Assembly (NCBI GenBank): GCA_018985225.1
Contig: JADGIF010000400.1
Coordinates: 1-9,320 of the forward strand
Direction: 5' to 3'
DNA from: Amoeboradix gromovi X-113
Lineage: Eukaryota > Fungi > Sanchytriomycota
Length of the DNA stretch: 9,320 nt
The position numbers and the translations under genes were made by a program. The notes under the pieces are model-generated. The model worked only from the letters and a program-made list of their open reading frames with translations. It was not told the origin of the DNA and ran no database searches. The number at the start of each line of letters is the position of its first letter. Within the stretch, counting starts at the first letter, position 1. Below, piece after piece: positions 1 through 7,932 of this stretch.

Positions 1-111
1 TTATGCTTAACAGCTTGACTATTTTCTTGAATAAATCATTCATCGCGAATTTGTATGCATTTTTGTATTATTTCAAGACTTTTCCAGATTTTTCTAGTAC
101 CTTAAACACTC

Positions 112-401
112 GATATTCTTCCTTTTCGCAAATGGTAAATCAAATCTAAAGAAATAACTAATAGTTGTAATATACATTCATCAACACTGATAAGCTGGTC
201 CAAACACGAAAATTCGATGCCATGTACAATATGTGGCACTCTAAAGAAACCAATTTGGAGAAGGAACAAATTTGATGCCATGTACGAGGTACTTTAAAGA
301 AAACTAATTTAGAAACATACACATATACAAATTGTCATTTGGAAATAGATAGAGACCATATGGCAACAAGGAACATATATATCAAGTATCTGCATCCTTG
401 A
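112..401 (+). pseudogene. Degenerate Fanzor2 / IS607-TnpB-like nuclease, C-terminal remnant
   Basis: Manual translation. Frame +1 from 112 reads DILPFRKW*IKSKEITNSCNIHSSTLISWSKHENSMPCTICGTLKK. Frame +3 288-401 reads GTLKKTNLETYTYTNCHLEIDRDHMATRNIYIKYLHP*. This matches the TnpB/Fanzor2 pattern I-x-P-x-F...L-x-W-S-H...CxxCG...Y-x-C-xx-C-x-L-x-I-D-R-D-x-N-A-x-R-N-I (TAT at 324 occupies a Cys position). It has a stop codon, an apparent internal deletion and a duplication. Confidence 0.75.
210..320 (+). repeat. Imperfect tandem duplication (~58 bp unit) of the Zn-ribbon-coding segment
   Basis: aaattcgatgccatgtacaatatgtggcactctaaagaaaccaatttgga (from 210) versus aaatttgatgccatgtacga-----ggtactttaaagaaaactaatttaga (from 268). 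Confidence 0.85.
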
Positions 402-501
402 TTAATCCCACCTCAGGGTAGTGAAAGCGTGAGCGATCACTGTAACGGAGAAACTAGCATTAGTTTCTCTGTGGAAATTCTCAATTTTCTCGGAAATCAG
501 G
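402..501 (+). ncRNA. Putative Fanzor2 omegaRNA scaffold / element right end
   Basis: Four consecutive hairpins immediately after the remnant's stop. CCC-acctca-GGG (407-418). AGTGA-aa-GC-GTGA-GC-ga-TCACT with a GNRA loop (420-441). ACGGAGAAACTA-gcat-TAGTTTCTCTGT, 12 bp with one G:U (445-472). GGAAATT-ctc-AATTTTC (473-489). These are followed by TCAGG (497-501). Confidence 0.55.
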
Positions 502-573
502 TCTTTTAACGAGGAGCAAATTCAATTCCATCTCATAATTCTTGCGAGTGAGTACAAAGTGCTATTTATTAAG

Positions 574-2433
574 TTATTGCTTATTCTTCTTCTTTCTATA
601 TACTCGCTTCTCATCTGGATCGAACCCCTTCTCACTGCTTCCATAAACAGCCCATTCAGGGGTTTTGGCTACATAGTCGGTACTCGTAAATGGCTCTTTC
701 AATGCCAACAGCCCATGAAATTTATCAAAATCTATCCAAGTATGCCATTCTCCCTTAATTTTGAATTTTTTATGACTTATTAACACACAGCAGCTATGCT
801 CATGCTCACAGCTTATTTCATATGTGTCCCCATATTTTTCGTTGTAAGCATTCACTATTATGCTACAAAACCGTACAACCTCTACATGATAAGGCACATT
901 TTTCATTGTCAGCGTGCTAGCTTCGCTGTTACCACAATAAGTGACACCTTTGACTTCTATAAAATCAGGCTCTCCGATCTTTATTATATCAACGTATTCC
1001 TTAATCTCTGTCATATTAAATTCTTTAACTAGTGTCAATCGATAAACAGTACGCTGTCCCTTGTCCTTTAAAAATTTCAAACTCGCTAAGAAACGTTCCC
1101 AAAAATCACTAAATAAAGGCCTATCTACCTCTTTAAGTGAATCTTTAGTACTTGCATCTATAGATACGTACAGTTGTGTAACAGGTGACAAAGTCTGAAT
1201 CGCTTCGGGAAATTGACAGTTTGTCACTAAAAAAGAACTTATTTGTTTGCCATGAAGAAGAGCTAAGAATTCGTTTATCTTAGGGTACATTATAGGCTCC
1301 CCAACCAGAGACAGCGCACAATGTTTGACGGTTAACGCTTCTTGGAATCTACTTGGATCTACACCAGGCATACCTTTAAGTTGCTTGATCATTTGCACAT
1401 GGTTGCTGATAGCGCCGTCTAATATATCCTCCGGTTCATTCATTTGCCACCTCCAAGTTGTACCAACTGGATTTGAATGATGTCTCCAACAAAACACACA
1501 TTTATTGGCACACGCAAGAGATGGAGTAGTCTCCATGCAGTTATGGCTAGCTATATTGTAGAAAGTGTGTTTATAGCAGCCACCGTTGCCTCTTAACATT
1601 GATTTTGTCCATCGACATATCTTTACACCGGAGTGACTTCCAATGATTTTGTAGCCTTGCTTAGTCAATGATTGACGCAACAGCGGGGTCACCATCGGAG
1701 AAGGTGCTTTTACAGTACTGGTCGATGACCTTTTATGCAATAATAGCTGTTTCGCCATTTGACTCATTTCTTCCACATCTAATATCTCTTCATCATGATC
1801 ATCACTAGAGTAGTACTCCAGTGCAACTGCCTCATCTTGTTTCTTTGATATAGCCGAAATGACATGATTAGACCATTTCAAAAATGAGAGCTCCATCTCA
1901 TTATTTCGATCGCCACATTGTAAAGGAGATATGCGAGTAGCACCCATCTTCTTGAATGCTTTATCAGCACTTCTACCAAACTTACAGTAATTGCTTTTGT
2001 ACTCGGAGTCACCTAACGCGAACACACTAAATTTTAATTTAAAACCTTTTGAGACCCTAAAATCGTTGACAAGATCTAACAGCCATGTGTTAAACCATGT
2101 AGAAGTAGTAGGAGGTAGACCATCAGTCCATGTAGCTAATATAAAAAGGCAAATAGCAGACTCTTTAATGAATGAATCCACATCGTATTGAGACAAATCA
2201 AACACCTGTGAGCCAACGATCTTTTCATGAAGCTGAAATGCCATGGTTTTTGTGGTATTAGTCGTTGTTGAATAAAATATTTTGACTAGAGGAATTGTCG
2301 ATTCGGATTTTTCGGGCATGGAAATGTGCCCTCTTCTAATAGGAACAGGTTTTTTTCTGTATAGCAGCACAAATGCAAGTACAATTAAAAGAACATGAAT
2401 TCGGTAAGCGTTGTAAAAATCAAAAAACTCCAT
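574..2433 (-). CDS. TYW1: tRNA wybutosine-synthesizing protein 1 (flavodoxin + radical SAM 4-demethylwyosine synthase), 619 aa
   Basis: N-terminal hydrophobic anchor, flavodoxin motifs (IFYSTTTNTT, ATWTDG, FSVFALGDSEY), GYKIIGSHSGVKICRWTK, GGCYKHTFYNI, radical SAM CANKCVFC, HCALSLVGEP, IEVKGVTYCG, EHEHSCC. This is the eukaryotic domain architecture. Confidence 0.97.
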   Translation of the reverse strand: MEFFDFYNAYRIHVLLIVLAFVLLYRKKPVPIRRGHISMPEKSESTIPLVKIFYSTTTNTTKTMAFQLHEKIVGSQVFDLSQYDVDSFIKESAICLFILATWTDGLPPTTSTWFNTWLLDLVNDFRVSKGFKLKFSVFALGDSEYKSNYCKFGRSADKAFKKMGATRISPLQCGDRNNEMELSFLKWSNHVISAISKKQDEAVALEYYSSDDHDEEILDVEEMSQMAKQLLLHKRSSTSTVKAPSPMVTPLLRQSLTKQGYKIIGSHSGVKICRWTKSMLRGNGGCYKHTFYNIASHNCMETTPSLACANKCVFCWRHHSNPVGTTWRWQMNEPEDILDGAISNHVQMIKQLKGMPGVDPSRFQEALTVKHCALSLVGEPIMYPKINEFLALLHGKQISSFLVTNCQFPEAIQTLSPVTQLYVSIDASTKDSLKEVDRPLFSDFWERFLASLKFLKDKGQRTVYRLTLVKEFNMTEIKEYVDIIKIGEPDFIEVKGVTYCGNSEASTLTMKNVPYHVEVVRFCSIIVNAYNEKYGDTYEISCEHEHSCCVLISHKKFKIKGEWHTWIDFDKFHGLLALKEPFTSTDYVAKTPEWAVYGSSEKGFDPDEKRVYRKKKNKQ

Positions 2434-2547
2434 AGTTTCAATCCTTTTTTGAAAGAAAGAGCAAAATTGCAGACAGGTAAAATAAAATGCATGCTGAAAT
2501 AATTTACTGTTGATTTCCTAATAATACCAAGTAAATTCCGTTTCAAA

Positions 2548-2682
2548 TCACAAAGGTTTCGATCTTATAAAGCATTCTTTGAATGACTTCACCTCGGCTT
2601 GACATTTTCTCCAGTCTTTGTGTTTGCCATAGCATAGCAACACCAAATCATTCAACTCACTACACGGTTCTTTGTTTTCCAT
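2548..2682 (-). CDS. COA4: Twin CX9C mitochondrial intermembrane-space protein, COA4/CHCHD8-like, 44 aa (not in ORF track)
   Basis: Translation MENKEPCSELNDLVLLCYGKHKDWRKCQAEVKSFKECFIRSKPL*. Cys at 7/17/27/37 and the DWRxCQxxVxxFKxC signature of COA4. An in-frame TAA directly precedes the ATG. Confidence 0.82.
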   Translation of the reverse strand: MENKEPCSELNDLVLLCYGKHKDWRKCQAEVKSFKECFIRSKPL

Positions 2683-2767
2683 TTAATATCGGAATTTAGT
2701 TTCAGAAGGGACTTACACAAAAAACGTGATTTACTTTCTATTATTCTAGCAAACATAATTTTTTTAC

Positions 2768-3445
2768 ATGAAGTTGAATATCAATAACCCAATTACGGGT
2801 CAAAATAAATCCTATGATATCGAAGACGAACAGGCTTTGAGAATTATGTACGACCAACCGATTGCTTCCGAATTCCCAGGTGATGTTATGCACCCTGATT
2901 TCAAAGGATTTGTATTCCGCATATGTGGAGGTAACGATAAGCAGGGTTTTCCTATGATGAATGGTGTATTATTAAACCACAGAACCAGGTTATTGTTAGG
3001 TAATAACCAAGGTTTAAAAGACCCGAACACTGGTGCTACTTACTGCTATAGAGCTAGAAAGAAGGGAGAGCGTAAGCGAAAAAGCGTTCGTGGATGTATT
3101 GCTGGTCCGGATCTAGCAGCTATTTCTCTCAAGATTATCAAACCTGGACCAGGGCAAATTGTCGGATTAACTGACTCTCCAGTTCCAAAAAGACTAGGAC
3201 CAAAGCGTGCTTCAAATATCAGAAAGATGTTTAATTTAACCAAGAAGGACGATGTGCGCCAATATGTTATTAAAAGAGAAATTGAAAAGAATGGTAAGAA
3301 ATTTGTTAAATCTCCAAAGATTCAACGCCTTGTCACTCCTACCCGAATTCAGAGAAAGAGAAGACTTCAAACTGTTAAGATTAAGAAACTACAAGCATCG
3401 CGCGCAGCCAAAGCAGAGTTTGTTGCAAAATACGGAAAGAAATAA
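2768..3445 (+). CDS. RPS6: 40S ribosomal protein eS6, 225 aa
   Basis: MKLNI..P..GQ, GGNDKQGFPM, GERKRKSVRGCI, PKRLGPKRASNIRK.F.L.K.DDVR.YV, PKIQRLVTP. Confidence 0.98.
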   Translation: MKLNINNPITGQNKSYDIEDEQALRIMYDQPIASEFPGDVMHPDFKGFVFRICGGNDKQGFPMMNGVLLNHRTRLLLGNNQGLKDPNTGATYCYRARKKGERKRKSVRGCIAGPDLAAISLKIIKPGPGQIVGLTDSPVPKRLGPKRASNIRKMFNLTKKDDVRQYVIKREIEKNGKKFVKSPKIQRLVTPTRIQRKRRLQTVKIKKLQASRAAKAEFVAKYGKK

Positions 3446-3461
3446 ACGTCATTAAATTAAT

Positions 3462-3698
3462 TTACTCGCAAATAATGGTCAGTTCTCTCAGTACTTGTGA
3501 CTTTGACACCTTTCCTGTTAGTAGTAACAGCTCTAAATCTTTTTTGTATGATTTTGGATTTATGGCTTTGCAGTAATATACAGGATGCTCTATCATGACG
3601 CGATCTAGCCAGTACATGATCAAGGTGCTTTTTACCAAGGATTTTGAGTACTGTAGCTTCGCAAAGCTAATTTGTATAATTTCAGATAAATCTTGCAT
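3462..3698 (-). CDS. Hypothetical small protein (78 aa from first ATG); the frame extends upstream through one TAG to ATG 3767
   Basis: ORF fills a gap in a gene-dense region and ends 16 bp from the RPS6 stop. No recognisable motif. Confidence 0.35.
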   Translation of the reverse strand: MQDLSEIIQISFAKLQYSKSLVKSTLIMYWLDRVMIEHPVYYCKAINPKSYKKDLELLLLTGKVSKSQVLRELTIICE

Positions 3699-3838
3699 AT
3701 ACACTTGCAATACCTACCATCTCAGATTATAAAGTAGTAAATCAGAAACTGAAGTACCAATAAGCATGCTCTCCTTTGGCCACGCCTATTTTCACACTAA
3801 TAATACAAGTTTTAAAAACGAATTTTAAATCAAGAAAT

Positions 3839-4477
3839 TTATTGAAACAGTCTGCTTGTTGCTAAGCATAGGCTACTGATGATTAAAGATGCGAAAACAA
3901 TGATAAAGTCGCTTCCTAATTTTATTTCTGTGAAAATAATACAAATTAGCCATGGAACTTTGAAGGAAAAGGAGGCAAGCATTGGCATAAGTCTGTCGTA
4001 CATTTTACAAAGCACTATCGAGTCAGTTATAAAAACACTAGTAGTTATAATAATGGGTATATTAAAGAGAGCATGAAAAGAGCTATTACTGGGGTCTTGC
4101 AAACATTCCACAAATTTGTTGTTTTTTATTAAAGGCAGGCAGTCAAACATATAATAATTACTTGGGTAAGATATCAACAGATTTAATATCGCCGCTATCG
4201 AATAAATAATAGATATTATAATTACTGAGGTTTGAAAGTAAGCGAAAATCAGTTTCGCTGACGGTCTATACCGATAAATAATAACTGTCTGGTTTAGTAT
4301 TACTGAAAATATGGTACCACAATAAATAACAGTTTCTGTCAAGATTGGAAATGGGGTAGGAAGATATTTGAAATTTATAAAATCGACAACGGGAAGTTGC
4401 AACACATTGCTCAATGTTCCCATGCATATGGCCAGTAGCGCTGTGAAGATAAACAAACCTATCTTAATGGTTGACAT
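3839..4477 (-). CDS. Uncharacterised multipass membrane protein (212 aa from ATG 4477)
   Basis: Long ORF with about 5-6 hydrophobic segments. The first ATG is at 4477 (MSTIKIGLFIF); the track's start at 4522 is a GTG. Confidence 0.7.
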   Translation of the reverse strand: MSTIKIGLFIFTALLAICMGTLSNVLQLPVVDFINFKYLPTPFPILTETVIYCGTIFSVILNQTVIIYRYRPSAKLIFAYFQTSVIIISIIYSIAAILNLLISYPSNYYMFDCLPLIKNNKFVECLQDPSNSSFHALFNIPIIITTSVFITDSIVLCKMYDRLMPMLASFSFKVPWLICIIFTEIKLGSDFIIVFASLIISSLCLATSRLFQ

Positions 4478-4634
4478 TTTCTGTTGTTTCAAATGGGATG
4501 ACGCAGAATTCGATAAAAACACTTAAATGTTATGGTATCTGCGACTTAAAAACTAAGAATACAATTTTCCATTTAGTTTAAGTAAAATAAAATTCAGTAA
4601 ATTTTATTTAAAGTCTAAAACAGGGAAATTCAAC

Positions 4635-5864
4635 ATGATTAAAATTGCCGCGCTTGCACTTGTAATACTTTTGTCTCCGCTGCTTTTCTGCCTTTACTTG
4701 ATCGGGTTTTTTAAACACCAATTAACCAATAAAGTTTTTAAATTGCATCATAGAGATTTTAAATATATCAACTGCATTTCTATTTTGCAAGGTTACCAGA
4801 CTAATTGGCTGTTTACTAATCCATTTTTGAATACTGGCATATCTGAATTGTTCAGAGTTATAAGACGTAGGGATATTCCAGAGCAGTACACATTTATGCT
4901 TGAGAATGACGATGGCGGTGTATTTAGTATCCACGTCTATGGAGAACTTGCTGATGACGGCACTCCTACCGTAATACTCTTTCATGGTCTTTGTGGTGGA
5001 TACTATGCTAGCTATATGAAGAGCTTTGCCTATGCCTTTAGAAAGAGTGGGTTTCGAGTTGTTACAGTCAACGCCCGAGGATGTGCTGATTACTTGTTGA
5101 ATTCAAAGATATTCTTTTGTGCTACTCATACCAAGGACCATAAGTTGGCAATTGATAAAGCCCACCAGATGTTTCCTTCTTCTTTACTTTTTGGTGTGGG
5201 ATTCTCTTTAGGTGCCAACATATTACTGCATTACTTGGAAGAAAACCCTGTTACTCCTCTTACTGCTGGTATGGGCTTTTCTATTGCTTTTAATATTGAT
5301 TTAGTTGAAAAGCATTTAAACTCATTAATTCCTAAATATACAACAAACTTCGTATTGGCCTCATTTATCAAGTCTTTTCTTTTCCAGAATAGGCATGTAT
5401 TCGGCTTTTTAGACTGGAACAAGATCAGAAACTCTTACACTCTACAATCTCTTGATGAGCAGGTCGTGTGTAAGGTATTTGATTATCCATCTACGGACGC
5501 CTATTATAAAGCTGCTTCTTGTAGCAGATGTGTGAAGCATGTAACTATTCCATTCCTAGTCGTAAATGCAGAGGATGATTTAGTTTGTCCAAAACACACA
5601 ATCGCATTTGCAGAAATATCAGAAAATCCCAACGTCGGTTTAGTGTTAACAAAGTATGGCGGACATATGGGCTGGTGTCCTACTGTGCCACACCTGCAAA
5701 AAGATACATTAAAAGAGAACATTGAAGTTTTAAAAGAGTCACCGTTAAGATATTTAAAGCACGAAAGATGGAATGTGGAGCCTTTTCTTAATATGACAAA
5801 TAGCTGGTCAGAACAAGTAGCAGTTGAATTTTGTTCGCAGTTTACAAAAAAAACTGAAAAATAG
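4635..5864 (+). CDS. Alpha/beta hydrolase, ABHD1-3 / Eht1-Eeb1 / YheT family (esterase/acyltransferase), 409 aa
   Basis: N-terminal TM helix, DGG, LFHGLCGG oxyanion region, NARGC, nucleophile GFSLGAN, YYKAAS, acid NAEDD, GGHMGW histidine. Confidence 0.9.
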   Translation: MIKIAALALVILLSPLLFCLYLIGFFKHQLTNKVFKLHHRDFKYINCISILQGYQTNWLFTNPFLNTGISELFRVIRRRDIPEQYTFMLENDDGGVFSIHVYGELADDGTPTVILFHGLCGGYYASYMKSFAYAFRKSGFRVVTVNARGCADYLLNSKIFFCATHTKDHKLAIDKAHQMFPSSLLFGVGFSLGANILLHYLEENPVTPLTAGMGFSIAFNIDLVEKHLNSLIPKYTTNFVLASFIKSFLFQNRHVFGFLDWNKIRNSYTLQSLDEQVVCKVFDYPSTDAYYKAASCSRCVKHVTIPFLVVNAEDDLVCPKHTIAFAEISENPNVGLVLTKYGGHMGWCPTVPHLQKDTLKENIEVLKESPLRYLKHERWNVEPFLNMTNSWSEQVAVEFCSQFTKKTEK

Positions 5865-5870
5865 TAAAAT

Positions 5871-6743
5871 TTATTTTTTAATTTTAAATTTTATTGCAGC
5901 AAGGCTCGTCAGCAAGGAACCGTACTCAGGATACTGGGATAGATCTCCGTTTGAAAACTCACTAATCTGAGATTTGTACAACTTATATTTGGATTTTAAT
6001 TGGTTATGATTCATCCCCAAAGGCAAATAAGCCGAGTCATCTACGGCATAAGTATAATGTGGTTCGATTGGACCTAGCTCACGCACTCTCTCGGTGAGCA
6101 TATTATAAGCAGTAGTGGGCGTAAATTGAGCATTTTTAGCTAGTGCATCTACTGCAGACAACCTGGAAAACATTTTTAAAAGCCTAGTCTTGGGAAAAAG
6201 GAATTTATATCTCAAACCATACAAAGTCATGTATGCATTGATAACTTCAGAATCTTTGCTAAGAAATGATAAGTGGTTAGAATGCCTATAAAACAGTTTT
6301 TTGATTACCTTTAAGTTAATTAAATGTGGGTCTCTAGTGAACGTGATAATGGATTCAACCCTTTTAGAATCTGGAGTAGAAATGGATTCCAAAGATCGAA
6401 TCAGGTCCTGGAAGATCACAGTAGCGGCTTGCCTTCTTTGCGGTTCTATTTTCTTGAATCTCTTTTTGATGTACAATGAACTTTGAAAGATTCTGGGAGA
6501 TGCAAAAGTATATGATGTAAACAAAAGAGCCAAAAATGGTGCTTTGAATTCGTTATATTTGGATCCCAGAATGAATAAAGGCCATGGGATTAATATTCTT
6601 TTCAACTCACCCACAACGCTTTGCTTTATTTGTTCCTTATACAGCATGCCCTCAACACTTGTGGATTGCTGCATCTTGATTAAATGTACGGCAGAAGTTA
6701 TGAAACCTCTGCTTTTGTGCATAATACTACTAATGTGATTCAT
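5871..6743 (-). CDS. Uncharacterised basic protein, possibly divergent LETM1-domain (LETMD1/Mdm38-like) mitochondrial protein; start uncertain
   Basis: Long ORF. First ATG at 6743, frame open from 6833. ELKRILIPWPLFIL...F.AP...P.IF resembles by eye the proline-containing LETM1 TM segment, and LS.LS...YM.L...RL.......D.L resembles its ribosome-binding region. The family call is weak. Confidence 0.6.
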   Translation of the reverse strand: MNHISSIMHKSRGFITSAVHLIKMQQSTSVEGMLYKEQIKQSVVGELKRILIPWPLFILGSKYNEFKAPFLALLFTSYTFASPRIFQSSLYIKKRFKKIEPQRRQAATVIFQDLIRSLESISTPDSKRVESIITFTRDPHLINLKVIKKLFYRHSNHLSFLSKDSEVINAYMTLYGLRYKFLFPKTRLLKMFSRLSAVDALAKNAQFTPTTAYNMLTERVRELGPIEPHYTYAVDDSAYLPLGMNHNQLKSKYKLYKSQISEFSNGDLSQYPEYGSLLTSLAAIKFKIKK

Positions 6744-6908
6744 AAGCTTTACCCTAGTTTTACATGATAAACAAATAGGACCTCGTCGAGTTTGAAACAA
6801 TTTGTTTGCAAAATTGTTGTTCAGTAAATATTGTTATTTAGAGAAATACAAACAGACTAGTTAATATGTGTCATACCTTGAAGGCTAGATACCAAAAAGA
6901 GTTGATAG

Positions 6909-7901
6909 ATAAATGGCTTTACAGTTCAATTTGTATTTGAAAAGAAACGTCAAGTAGAATATAATTCAAAAGAACGACCAAGATTCCCAATTAGAGAATG
7001 GGATGTTGATGAATCAGGTCCTTTTGACAAACTAGTTCCAATGATTGATTATCAAAATAATAAACCAATTTTTGATGCTATTAAGAGTTATACTTCCTTA
7101 CCAAAGAAAACTGATTGCGACTCTTGAAGAATCTTAATCACGATGCTATTGATATCATTAAACAAGAACCAATGGTTTGTATTGATCCAGGAATCAAGTT
7201 TGCATATTGCGCCAAAGCTGGTGAATAGATTGTCCCCATGTCATTAGGGAGGCATCATAATCTTTTAATGACCAATTCAATCGGACTGGATGCATTGAGT
7301 GCTACAAGAACCTTGGATGCTTATTTGATTGCTGTAAATAATGGATGTGCTGCCTTATCAGTTGTATTTGGTGATTTAGAATATCGGAAATGGAGATTTA
7401 GAAAAGATTGATGATCTTGTGTATGGAATTGATGACTGGTAAGAAACAATGTTCTAATTTCTATTTCCACGATAAAAGAAGAGCTGAGCAATCATTTAGG
7501 AGTACAGATCATGAAAAGAGAAACATTTATTAGAGAGACGGTTCCTATGGTCCTAGTAAGGGAATCCAGTAGTTCCAAATAAGAGGTTGATACACGCATT
7601 ATGTAATAGAGCTAGAGTGATTACTACACCAGAATCCAAAGCCTCCAAGTTGTGTTGTACATGTCATCACAATTTGCCAAAAGAGATGGCATCCGTTAAT
7701 GGTCAAAGACAACGTCAATGTATATATACAAATTGTAATGTTGTAGTTGATCGTGACATCAATGCATCTATAAAAATAGAACAAGTTGTAAAGAGTTACT
7801 GTTGCATCCATGAGAAACCAAAATGGCAGGAATTGGGCTTTGACGCAAAGATTCCTTTGGGACACACATTATGTACATCAATCATAACTCCTATTCAATA
7901 G
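6909..7901 (+). pseudogene. Degenerate Fanzor1 RNA-guided nuclease (TnpB family), in four frame segments
   Basis: Frame +3 6909-7127 INGFTVQFVFEKK (TDG-x-x-V-xxx-F-like motif). Frame +2 ~7121-7411 MVCIDPG (RuvC-I D at 7184), TAG at 7226, AYL...L..VF...EYRKWRF. Frame +1 7405-7569 NIY*RDGSYGPSKG. Frame +3 7566-7901 PNKRLIHAL..RARVITTPESKASKLCCTC (RuvC-II E at 7632) ...CIYTNC...DRDINAS.KI (RuvC-III D at 7755) ...EKPKWQ. Confidence 0.88.
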
Positions 7902-7932
7902 GGTTAGTTTCTGATTGTATGTCTCATTTAAA
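7828..7932 (+). ncRNA. Putative Fanzor1 omegaRNA scaffold / element right end (copy A)
   Basis: Hairpin AGGAAT-tggg-CTTTG-acg-CAAAG-ATTCCT (7828-7856). Then a long hairpin closed by TGGGACA (7858-7864) / TGTCTCA (7920-7926), with inner CAATCA-TAAC-t-CCTAT-tca-ATAGG-GTTA-gtttc-TGATTG. Then TTTAAA (7927-7932). The same layout recurs at 9238-9121 on the minus strand. Confidence 0.65.

Noticed and set aside
210-320. CRISPR-like array interpretation of the direct repeat
   Set aside because: There are only two degenerate units with no unique spacers, and the unit is coding-derived.
2090-2105. 14/16 match in TYW1 to the copy A end/guide junction (7928-7943)
   Set aside because: Found post hoc in AT-rich DNA. 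The mismatches fall in the would-be seed, and part of the match is scaffold.
6857-6876. 20-nt GTATGA...TTAACTAG mini-intron candidate on the minus strand upstream of the 5871 ORF
   Set aside because: All three frames after the acceptor hit a stop before joining the ORF.
7261-7271. 10/11 match of the putative Fanzor2 guide (502-512) to the Fanzor1 relic
   Set aside because: Too short and AT-rich, with no GG-type adjacent motif.
3714-7533. Possible TAG stop-codon reassignment (in-frame TAG at 3714, 7226, 7531; hydrolase ends TAG-TAA; most genes end TAA)
   Set aside because: The long conserved ORFs (TYW1, RPS6, hydrolase, URM1, GNAT) contain no internal TAG. The Fanzor relic also has frameshifts, so ordinary decay explains the stops.
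6862-7871. Inverted match taatatgtgtc (6862-6872) / gacacacatta (7861-7871) as terminal inverted repeats
   Set aside because: Only 10/11 bp, not extendable, and the right copy lies ~60 bp inside the inferred end.
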